From Candidatus Latescibacterota bacterium (GTDB taxonomy: Bacteria; Latescibacterota; UBA2968; UBA8231): a DNA stretch of 64,000 bases. Positions 56,443 to 64,000 of this stretch are shown piece after piece. Within the stretch, counting starts at the first letter, position 1, and the number at the start of each line of letters is the position of its first letter. Both the position numbers and the translations under genes were made by a program. Below the pieces are notes generated by a model, which saw only the letters and a list, made by a program, of their open reading frames with translations, ran no database searches and was not told where the DNA came from. The DNA lies in contig CBDCSU010000004.1 of NCBI GenBank assembly GCA_965221775.1, positions 1 to 64,000 of the forward strand, read 5' to 3'.

Positions 56443-57780
56443 ATGAATGGACCGCACATCCTCTACCTGCACTCCCACGACACCGGACGTTACGTCGCTC
56501 CCTGCGGGTACGCCGTGCCCACGCCGCACATCCAGCGGCTGGCCGGGGAGGGCGTCCTCTTCCGCCAGGCCTTCTGCGCCAACCCCACGTGCTCGCCGAG
56601 CCGGGCCAGCCTGCTCACCGGCCAGTGGGCCCACAGCTGCGGCATGGGCGGGCTCGTCAACCGCGGCTGGAGCCTGCCCCGCCCCGAGCGCCTGCTGCCG
56701 CGGGTCCTCGCCGCGGCGGGGTACCGCACGGTGCGCGCCGGTCTGCAGCACGTCGTCGCCGATCCCGCCGAAGGGGGCTACGAGCGCATCCTCGACGACG
56801 GCCGCCCGGTGGAGGAACGGGCCGCCGCCTTCCTCGGGGAGCGCCACGACCGCCCCTTCTTCCTCGACGTGGGCTTCACCGCCACCCATCGCCGGGGGCG
56901 CGGCTTCGACCCGCCCCCCGAGGGGGAGGAGCCCGCGGACCCGCGCCGCGTGCAGCCACCGGGGCCGCTGCCCGACGCCCCGGAGATCCGCCGGGACATG
57001 GCCTCCTACGTCGACGCGGCGCGCACCCTCGACCGGCAGATGGGGCGGGTCCTGGCGGCCCTGGAGGCCAGCGGCCTGAGCCGCGAGACGCTGGTGATCT
57101 GCACCACCGACCACGGCCTCGCCTTCCCGCTGATGAAGTGCCACCTCACCGACCACGGCATCGGCGTGATGCTGATCCTGCGGGGGCCGGGCGCTCTGAA
57201 GGGGGGCCGGACGGTCGACGGCCTGGCGAGCCAGATCGACCTCTTCCCGACGGTCTGCGAGGTCGCCGGCCTGGAGCGGCCGGACTGGCTCCAGGGCGTC
57301 TCCCTGCTGCCGCTGGTCGAGGGCCGGCGCGAGGTCCGGGAGGAGGTCTTCGCCGAGATCAACTACCACGTCTGCCACGAGCCCCAGCGCGCCGTGCGCA
57401 CCCGCCGCTGGAAGTACATCCGCCGCCTCCACCCGCGCGCCCGTCCGGTCCTGCCCAACTGCGACGACAGCCCCAGCAAGGACTTCCTCCTGGCCCGCGG
57501 CTGGGGCCAGCGCGAGGAGGCCGCCGAGAGGCTCTACGACCTGACCGCCGATCCCCTGGAGCAGCGCAACGTCGCCGCCGACGCCGCCCACGGGGAGGCG
57601 CTGGACGAGATGCGCGGACGCCTGGAGCGCTGGCAGCGGGAGACCGGCGATCCCCTGCTCGACCGGCCCTTCCTCGAGCCCCCGGCCTCCGCCGTCGTCG
57701 CCGACCCGGGCGCCCTGTCGCCGCGGACGGCGCCCACTTTCCCGGCGCGGGAGTTCCTCGAGGCGCAGGCCGGCGGCTGA
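56443..57780 (+). CDS. Sulfatase (Cys-type; sulfamidase-like)
   Basis: HILYLHSHDTG, CSPSRASLLTG, TTDHG, LYDLTADPLEQRNV. Confidence 0.92.
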   Translation: MNGPHILYLHSHDTGRYVAPCGYAVPTPHIQRLAGEGVLFRQAFCANPTCSPSRASLLTGQWAHSCGMGGLVNRGWSLPRPERLLPRVLAAAGYRTVRAGLQHVVADPAEGGYERILDDGRPVEERAAAFLGERHDRPFFLDVGFTATHRRGRGFDPPPEGEEPADPRRVQPPGPLPDAPEIRRDMASYVDAARTLDRQMGRVLAALEASGLSRETLVICTTDHGLAFPLMKCHLTDHGIGVMLILRGPGALKGGRTVDGLASQIDLFPTVCEVAGLERPDWLQGVSLLPLVEGRREVREEVFAEINYHVCHEPQRAVRTRRWKYIRRLHPRARPVLPNCDDSPSKDFLLARGWGQREEAAERLYDLTADPLEQRNVAADAAHGEALDEMRGRLERWQRETGDPLLDRPFLEPPASAVVADPGALSPRTAPTFPAREFLEAQAGG

Positions 57781-57884
57781 AGCGGACCCGGGGCGGTGCC
57801 CCGACCCGCCCCGGACCCCGGGCTCGAGGCGCGGCCGGCTCGCTGAAGCCACATACCGCCATCCGTCCGCCTCGTCCCCGGGCC

Positions 57885-58049
57885 GCCCCGGTTCACAGGC
57901 ACGGAGGGATCTCCAGCCGGTGCCGCCCGTGGGCCGCCCACCGGCGGCGCTCCCAGCCCCGGTTCACGGGCACGGAGGGATCTCCAGCCGGTGCCGCCCG
58001 TGGGCCGATGGCCGGCGGCGCTCGCCGCCGCGGTTCGCAGGGACGGGGG
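57885..58049. repeat. Intergenic tandem repeat, 71-bp period, about 2.3 copies
   Basis: Units start at 57885, 57956 and 58027 (GCCCCGGTTCACxGGCACGGAGGGATCTCCAGCCGGTGCCGCCCGTGGGCCG...); third unit degenerate. Confidence 0.85.
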
Positions 58050-58110
58050 CCTCGGACCTATCCTTGCCGGAAACCAGCCTGCAATCCGCGGCTATTCCAG
58101 GAGGATCTAC

Positions 58111-59265
58111 GTGAAGATCACCGATGTCGAAGTGATTCAGTTCCGCACCAGGAAGCGGGGTCGGGAGGCCGGCTCCCGCTGGGGCTACGGCGTATGGATC
58201 GGCGACGACGAGGTCGAGAGCACGACTTCCATCACCCGGATTTCGACGGACGAGGGCGTCACGGGGCACTTCTGGGGAGGGGACAGGGCCCGGGTGGAGG
58301 GACCGATCAAGCAGTTGCTGGTGGGGGAGGACCCTCTCGACAGCGAGAAGATCTGGCACTGGATGGACCAGTATGTCACCCGCAGCCGCGGTCTGGGGGA
58401 GCACGACGTGGGCAAGATCGACTGCGCCCTGTGGGATCTGAAGGGCCAGATCGCCGGCGTGCCGGTGTACCAGCTCCTTGGGGGAACGCGCGACAAGGTG
58501 GAGGCCTACGCCAGCACCGCTCCCAACCTCGGCGGGCCGGAGGACTACGCGGCCCTCGCCCGCAGCTGCGTGGAGCGCGGCTACCGCGCCTTCAAGATCC
58601 ACGCCAACATCTTCTGGAACCCCCACACCCGCCAGCCGGCGCCCCAGCTGCCCGGCTTCCCCAGGGAGGACGTGGAGATCTGCCGCGCCGTGCGCGAGGC
58701 CGTGGGCGACGACATCACCCTGATGCTCGACCCCTTCGGCGTCTACACCCTGGAGGAGTCCCTGTGGGTGGCGCGGGAGCTGGAGGACCTCGACTTCTAC
58801 TGGCTGGAGCACCCCATGGTGGAGACCCGGGTGGAGGCCTACCGCAAGCTGACGGAGCAGACGGAGATCGCCATCTGCTCGCCGGAGCACGTCGGCGGCG
58901 GCCCCTTCGCCCGGGCGGAGTGGCTCATGCAGCACGCCTGCGACATGGTCCGCACCGACATCAACTACGGCGGCATCACCGGCTGCTGGAAGCTGATCAA
59001 CCTCTGCCAGCTCTACGGGGCCCAGTGCGAGCTGCACTTCGTCGGCGCCCCCCACCTGCACCTGGCGGCGGCGGCGCCGGAGGCGACCTGCCGCTACTAC
59101 GAGCGCGGTCTCCTGCGCGCCGAGCTCGACTACGAGGAACTGCCGCCCCACCTGACCGCCCTCGACGACCCCATGGACGACGAGGGGTTCGTGCACGTGT
59201 CGCAGGAGCCGGGGCTGGGCATCGCCTACGACTGGGACTACATCGACGCCAACCGGGTGGACTGA
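58111..59265 (+). CDS. Mandelate racemase-like enolase superfamily enzyme (copy 1)
   Basis: IDCALWDLKGQ, PVYQLLGG, AFKIH, LMLDP, WLEHP, GGITG, CELH, EPGLG. Confidence 0.9.
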   Translation: MKITDVEVIQFRTRKRGREAGSRWGYGVWIGDDEVESTTSITRISTDEGVTGHFWGGDRARVEGPIKQLLVGEDPLDSEKIWHWMDQYVTRSRGLGEHDVGKIDCALWDLKGQIAGVPVYQLLGGTRDKVEAYASTAPNLGGPEDYAALARSCVERGYRAFKIHANIFWNPHTRQPAPQLPGFPREDVEICRAVREAVGDDITLMLDPFGVYTLEESLWVARELEDLDFYWLEHPMVETRVEAYRKLTEQTEIAICSPEHVGGGPFARAEWLMQHACDMVRTDINYGGITGCWKLINLCQLYGAQCELHFVGAPHLHLAAAAPEATCRYYERGLLRAELDYEELPPHLTALDDPMDDEGFVHVSQEPGLGIAYDWDYIDANRVD

Positions 59266-59327
59266 CGGAGCCTGCCGGGCAGAATCCGGCACGAGCCGGC
59301 CGTCCGCTACCATTCCAGGAGGATCCC

Positions 59328-60419
59328 GTGAAGATCACCGACGTGGAAGTGATTCGGTTCCGCACGACAAGACATGGCCGGGGAGAGACCACCCGCTCGA
59401 TCATCCGGATCTCGACCGACGAAGGAGTCCGAGGTCACATCCCGGGCGGCGACAAGGACAGGGTGGAGGGGTCCATCAAGGGTGTGCTCGTCGGGGAGAA
59501 CCCCCTGAACAGCGAGAAGATCTGGAACTGGATGGACCGCAGCCGCCTGGCGGAGAATGTGACGGGGCAGGTGGACTGCGCCCTGTGGGACCTGAAGGGC
59601 CAGATCGCCGGCGTGCCGGTGTACCAGCTCCTCGGGGGGACCCGCGAGAAGGTCGAGGCCTACGCCAGCACCGCTCCCGACCTCGGCGGGCCCGAGGTCT
59701 ACACGGCCCTCGCGCGCAGCTGCGTGGAGCGCGGCTACCGCGCCTTCAAGATCCACGCCCACATCTTCCGGAACCCCCACACCCGCCAGCCGGAGCGCCA
59801 CCAGCCGGGCTTCCCGAAGGAGGACGTGGAGATCTGCCGCGCCGTGCGCGAGGCCGTGGGCGACGACATCACCCTGATGCTCGACCCCTTCGGCGTCTAC
59901 ACCCTGGAGGAGTCCCTGTGGGTGGCGCGGGAGCTGGAGGACCTCGACTTCTACTGGTTCGAGCACCCCATGGTGGAGACCCGGGTGGAGGCCTACCGCA
60001 AGCTGACGGAGCAGACGCGGATCGCCATCTGCTCCCCCGAGCACGTCGGCGGCGGCCCCTTCGCCCGGGCGGAGTGGTTGTTGCAGCGCGCCTGCGACAT
60101 GGTGCGCATCGACGTCAACTACGGGGGCATCACCGGCTGCTGGAAGCTGATCAACCTCTGCCAGCTCTACGGCGCCCAGTGCGAGCTGCACTTCGTCGGC
60201 GCCCCGCACCTGCACCTGGCGGCGGCGGCGCCGGAGGCGACCTGCCGCTACTACGAGCGCGGTCTCCTGCACGCCGGGTTCGACTACGAGTGGGTGCCCC
60301 CCCACCTGACGGCGTTGCCGGACCCCATGGACGACGAGGGGTTCGTCCACGTACCGCGGGAGCCGGGGCTGGGCATCGCCTACGACTGGGACTACATCGA
60401 GGCGAACCGGGTGGACTGA
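59328..60419 (+). CDS. Mandelate racemase-like enolase superfamily enzyme (copy 2, tandem paralogue)
   Basis: Long stretches identical to 58111-59265 at the DNA level; same RBS context. Confidence 0.9.
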   Translation: MKITDVEVIRFRTTRHGRGETTRSIIRISTDEGVRGHIPGGDKDRVEGSIKGVLVGENPLNSEKIWNWMDRSRLAENVTGQVDCALWDLKGQIAGVPVYQLLGGTREKVEAYASTAPDLGGPEVYTALARSCVERGYRAFKIHAHIFRNPHTRQPERHQPGFPKEDVEICRAVREAVGDDITLMLDPFGVYTLEESLWVARELEDLDFYWFEHPMVETRVEAYRKLTEQTRIAICSPEHVGGGPFARAEWLLQRACDMVRIDVNYGGITGCWKLINLCQLYGAQCELHFVGAPHLHLAAAAPEATCRYYERGLLHAGFDYEWVPPHLTALPDPMDDEGFVHVPREPGLGIAYDWDYIEANRVD

Positions 60420-60444
60420 CGGCGGTTCTGCCGGACCGCCGGCC

Positions 60445-61347
60445 ATGGCGACCGATCCCCTGGATACGCGCATCCGCCAGCAGGCATTCGACTGGCTCGC
60501 GGAGCAGGTCGAGGTCCACGGCGACGTGCTGCCGCACCGACTGCTCGTCGGAGGCTTCGAGTGCGAGGGCCGGCGAATCTATCTGCTGGGGCGCAAGGGT
60601 ATCTTCAAGCCCCGGGACCTGAGGCTCCCCTTGTCCATCACCACCTCGCCGTCGAGGCAGTACAAGGACCGCTTCTCCAGAGGGTTGCTGCACTACAAGT
60701 ACCGCGGCACCGACCCGTCCCATCCCGACAACGAGGGCCTTCGCCGGGCCATGGTCGAGCGCGTGCCCCTGGTCTACTTCCACGGCATCGTCAAGGGGAG
60801 GTACGTGGCGGCCTGGCCGGTCTTCATCGTCCACGCCAACCCCGCCGACCTGACCTTCCACGTGGCCGTCGACCACGTCGGCACGCTCGACCTCGGCACG
60901 GCCGACGGGGTCGCCGACCCCGGCGAGGAGGGCCGCCGTCTGTGGGTGACGCGGGAGTTCCGCCAGCGGCTGCGCCAGCAAGGATTCCGGCAACTGGTGC
61001 TGCGCGCCTACCGCGGCCAGTGCAGTCTCTGCCGGCTGCGCCACGAGGAGCTGCTCGACGCCGCCCATATCACCCCCTACGGAGGCGGCGGCGAGCAGGA
61101 GGTGAGCAACGGCCTCGCCCTCTGCAAGCTGCACCACGCCGCCTTCGACCGGCACTTCGTCGGCATCCGGGCCGACTACCGGGTCGAGGTGCGGGCCGAC
61201 ATCCGCGGCGAGTCCGACGGCCCCATGCTGCGCCACGGGCTCCAGGGCCTGCACGGGCAGCGGATCCAGCTGCCGCGCCCGTCCGAGTGGAGGCCCGACC
61301 CGGAGCGGCTGGCGCGGCGCTACGAGCGCTTCCGCGAGGCGGGGTGA
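60445..61347 (+). CDS. HNH endonuclease with SRA/PUA-like N-terminal domain (putative restriction endonuclease)
   Basis: C-terminal 'FRQLVLRAYRGQCSLC...LDAAHI...NGLALCKLHHAAFD'. Confidence 0.85.
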   Translation: MATDPLDTRIRQQAFDWLAEQVEVHGDVLPHRLLVGGFECEGRRIYLLGRKGIFKPRDLRLPLSITTSPSRQYKDRFSRGLLHYKYRGTDPSHPDNEGLRRAMVERVPLVYFHGIVKGRYVAAWPVFIVHANPADLTFHVAVDHVGTLDLGTADGVADPGEEGRRLWVTREFRQRLRQQGFRQLVLRAYRGQCSLCRLRHEELLDAAHITPYGGGGEQEVSNGLALCKLHHAAFDRHFVGIRADYRVEVRADIRGESDGPMLRHGLQGLHGQRIQLPRPSEWRPDPERLARRYERFREAG

Positions 61348-61601
61348 GGACTGGTGGGCCGCTGAGGTCCTCTCCAGGGAGTGCAAGACCCGGGCCGTGA
61401 CGACCGCGCCGGGGATGAGGGGCGGGACCTGCAAGGGGGCTGCTCGGCAGGTCTTGCGGGGCGGATGGCGGCGGCGGGAGCGAGGCCCTGCAGCAGTCCC
61501 TCGACCTTGCGATTCGCTCGTCCAGGTGGGTCTCAACGCCGGAGACTCTCTCGCTCAGCCCCTCTGTTGACACTGTCCATCCCGCCTGGCATCCTGACGC
61601 C

Positions 61602-63161
61602 ATGCTCCTCGCCCTGACCCGCAAAGAGCTGCTCACCAACCTGCTCACCGCCCGTCTGGGTCTGATCCTGGTCTTCGCGGTGCTGCTCTGCGGGCTGGCG
61701 GCCCTGGCGGGCAGCCTCGACTTCTCGCAGCGGGTGCAGGACTACGAGGAGGAGGTGCGGCGGGTCGAGGAGCAGCTCGAGGAGGCGACGATCTACTCCG
61801 AGGTCCGGCCTCACGTCGTCGCCCCGCCGGAGCCGCTGTCGATCTTCAGCCGCGGCGTCGACAAGGGCGCCGGCCAGCGCCTGAGCATCCTGGTGCACTG
61901 GGTCGGATCCGGCTTGGTGCGCCTCGGCAGCGCCGACAACAACCTCATGAAGCGTTACGTCGAGATCGACTTCGCCACCGTCGTCCGGCTGCTCCTGAGC
62001 TTCATGGCCGTCATCCTCGGCTTCGACGCCATCTGCGGCGACCGCGAGCGGGGCACCCTGCGGCTGATGCTGGCCAACCCCGTCTCCCGGGGCGCCGTCG
62101 TAGGGGGCAAGCTCCTTGGGGGAGCCCTGACCCTGTGCGGGGCCATGGCCGCGGCCTTCCTGTTCTCGCTGCTCATCCTCTCCTTCAACCCGGACATCGC
62201 CTTCTCCGGCGCCGAGTGGATGCGGCTGGCGCTGCTCCTCGCCCTCAGCTGCCTCTTCCTGGTGCAGGTCTTCGCCATGAGCCTGGCGGTCTCCGCCTTC
62301 GTGCGCGGCTCGGCCACCTCCCTCATGCTCTGCCTCTTCGGCTGGCTGATCCTGAACCTGGGCTATGGGAACGTGCTGCCCTCCCTGAGCCGCTACGGCG
62401 TGCAGGAGCACACCTACCAGGACTTCCTCAACCAGAACAGCGAGGTGTGGGACGAGTACGGGCGCGAGATGGAGGAGTGGAAGAGCAGGAACCCGCCCCC
62501 GCCCGAGGTCTACCTGCGCGACATCAGGACCGGCCCCCGGAGACGGTACGGCCATCCCACCGGCTACGACTGGCTGGCGCGCTACAGCGCCCAGGCCCTG
62601 GAGCACCAGCTCGAGAACTCGCGCCGGATCAACCAGCTCCAGCAGGCCAACTCCGCCCCCCTGGCGCGCGAGGCCGCCCTGGTCGACGACTGGTCGATCC
62701 TGTCGCCCTTCACCAACTACCAGGTCCTCACCAAGCAGCTGGCCCGCACGACGCTGGACCACAAGTTCCGGCTGCGCGAGGCCGGCTACCGCTACCGCGC
62801 CACCTTCATCGACTTCCTGCGGGGGCGCGGCGCCTTCGCCAGCCGCCGCTGGTTCACCGACGATCCGCCCGGGCAGGAGCCCCTGCTGCCCGACCCGGAG
62901 GCCCTGACGCCGGAGGAGCTGGCCGCCGACAGCCCCTTCATGAAGGAGCGCATGGCCTGGGTCAAGCAGCAGGAGGCGATCGCCGCCCGGCAGGGGCGCC
63001 GCCTCGACCTGTCCGACCTGCCGGCCTTCGACCCGGGGTGGCGGGAACCCCTCTCGGCGACCCTGCGGCACATGACCCCGGGCCTGCTGGTGATGGTCCT
63101 GACCACGGCGGCGGCGGTGATGCTCGCGGTCTTCCGCTTCCTCCGCTACGCCCCGAGCTGA
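61602..63161 (+). CDS. ABC-2 type transporter permease
   Basis: LTRKELL, 'LGFDAICGDRERGTLRLMLANPVSR', multiple TM helices; TTGACA-N17-CATCCT upstream. Confidence 0.88.
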   Translation: MLLALTRKELLTNLLTARLGLILVFAVLLCGLAALAGSLDFSQRVQDYEEEVRRVEEQLEEATIYSEVRPHVVAPPEPLSIFSRGVDKGAGQRLSILVHWVGSGLVRLGSADNNLMKRYVEIDFATVVRLLLSFMAVILGFDAICGDRERGTLRLMLANPVSRGAVVGGKLLGGALTLCGAMAAAFLFSLLILSFNPDIAFSGAEWMRLALLLALSCLFLVQVFAMSLAVSAFVRGSATSLMLCLFGWLILNLGYGNVLPSLSRYGVQEHTYQDFLNQNSEVWDEYGREMEEWKSRNPPPPEVYLRDIRTGPRRRYGHPTGYDWLARYSAQALEHQLENSRRINQLQQANSAPLAREAALVDDWSILSPFTNYQVLTKQLARTTLDHKFRLREAGYRYRATFIDFLRGRGAFASRRWFTDDPPGQEPLLPDPEALTPEELAADSPFMKERMAWVKQQEAIAARQGRRLDLSDLPAFDPGWREPLSATLRHMTPGLLVMVLTTAAAVMLAVFRFLRYAPS

Positions 63162-63257
63162 GGGGTTCGAGAGCTACTGCCGGCCCTGGCAGAGATCGCT
63201 GCACGAAGACGGCCGGCCGACCGGCCTGCAGGACCGGACCGCGGCCGTGTTCCCGCC

Positions 63258-63490
63258 GACAGAATGCCTGCCTGGGAATCCCTGGGAACGGAGGCGAGGA
63301 TCGCCCCCCGGGGAGGACCGCCCCCCTGGCCCTGTGGGCACGATGGGGGGGCGGTCCGACCATGCGAGGAGCCCTTACGCATGGCTTGGGAGGCCTCCCG
63401 TGGTCAAGCTCCCGGTCAGGATGAACCTTCGCAAGGGCGCTGCCCGGCCCCCGGCATCTGACGGACCGAAGCGAACCAGAAGCCTTCCGG
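63258..63490 (+). ncRNA. Candidate structured RNA resembling an IS110-family non-coding end; no transposase present
   Basis: Hairpins at 63315-63357 and 63360-63384; ordered motifs CAGAATGC..GCCTGGGAATCC, GAGCCCTTA, GGCTTGGGA, GGATGAACC, CCGGCCCCC..ATC, CGAAC recalled from IS110 leaders (not searched). Confidence 0.45.
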
Positions 63491-63530
63491 GCGCCTCCCC
63501 CGGGGCGGAGGGTTCAGCGCCGTGTCCCCG

Positions 63531-64000
63531 CTACTCCCGGTCCACCGCGGGAGCGCGGCGGAAGGCCCACAGGCAGATCAGGAAGGCGGCGGCCGTTTCC
63601 ACCAGCAGGATGGAGATGGGCAGGTAGCTGCCGGCCACCGCCGAAGCCAGGGAGACCCGCACGCCGCCGAAGCGGGGGATGTCGCGGTGGTCGAGGGGGC
63701 GCTGGGAGACGTACTCGGGCAGGAAGAGGATGTGGGGCGAGTCGCGGTCGGCGGCGTCCAGGTCGCGGACGTAGCCGCGCAGGGTGCGCACGTACTCCTG
63801 GGCCGCCTTGACGAAGGCCCTGTAGCGCACCAGGCCGGTGCCCAGGAGCGCCTCCGCCGTGCCCTGGAAGGCGTACCCCGGAGAGATCAGCGACAGACCG
63901 CGGGTGACCTCGAACTGGCGGACCTCGCGCAGGCGGGCCTCCTCGTAGAGTTGGCGTTGTTCCTTCTCGGCCTCGTTGAGGCGCCGGGCGACCTCGCGCT
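63531..64000 (-). CDS. ABC-2 permease C-terminal part; 5' end beyond window
   Basis: 'LSLISPGYAFQGTAEALLGTG..RYRAF', 'DIPRF', final TM helix; similar to the C-terminus of the 61602 gene. Confidence 0.8.
   Translation of the reverse strand, partial: REVARRLNEAEKEQRQLYEEARLREVRQFEVTRGLSLISPGYAFQGTAEALLGTGLVRYRAFVKAAQEYVRTLRGYVRDLDAADRDSPHILFLPEYVSQRPLDHRDIPRFGGVRVSLASAVAGSYLPISILLVETAAAFLICLWAFRRAPAVDRE

Noticed and set aside
57885-58049. Possible mini-CRISPR array
   Set aside because: Conserved part is too long (~52 bp), the intervening segments are short and similar to each other, there are only ~2 units, and no cas genes are present.
61480-61580. Minus-strand fragment 'LSERVSGVETHLDERIAR' resembling a small coiled-coil gene remnant
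   Set aside because: Too short, no convincing start or RBS, and overlaps the permease promoter.
63258-63490. 6S RNA
   Set aside because: TGAACC and GGCATCT resemble 6S 3' motifs, but I could not find the long terminal pairing of a 6S rod.

Overview
High-GC, densely coding bacterial chromosome segment. The gene content (UBact-type proteasome operon, protease with a C-terminal FlgD-Ig domain, sulfatases, several PhyH-type dioxygenases) suggests an FCB-adjacent lineage such as Ca. Latescibacterota or Gemmatimonadota; this is inference only. The window contains: the end of a dnaE2-imuB mutagenesis cassette (imuB frameshifted); carbohydrate/organic-acid catabolic genes; a complete lepB-arc-dop-ubact-prcB-prcA-pafA proteasome operon followed by an M6 metalloprotease; housekeeping genes (gatB, nadB, guaA, tyrS, tRNA-Val); an ECF sigma/anti-sigma/Spy-like module; a Rieske-cytochrome b-octaheme HAO-family operon; two tandem enolase-superfamily paralogues; two solitary nucleases; and two convergent ABC permeases. 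The most notable unannotated signals are a complete leader-peptide/antiterminator/terminator attenuator upstream of tyrS, a bc-type complex with an octaheme HAO-like protein in the cytochrome c position, an orphan structured non-coding element resembling an IS110 non-coding end, a probable AUC start codon for the proteasome ATPase, and a twice-occurring ECF promoter motif. No CRISPR array, rRNA or intact transposase/integrase was seen. All product calls come from motif recognition by eye, without database searches.
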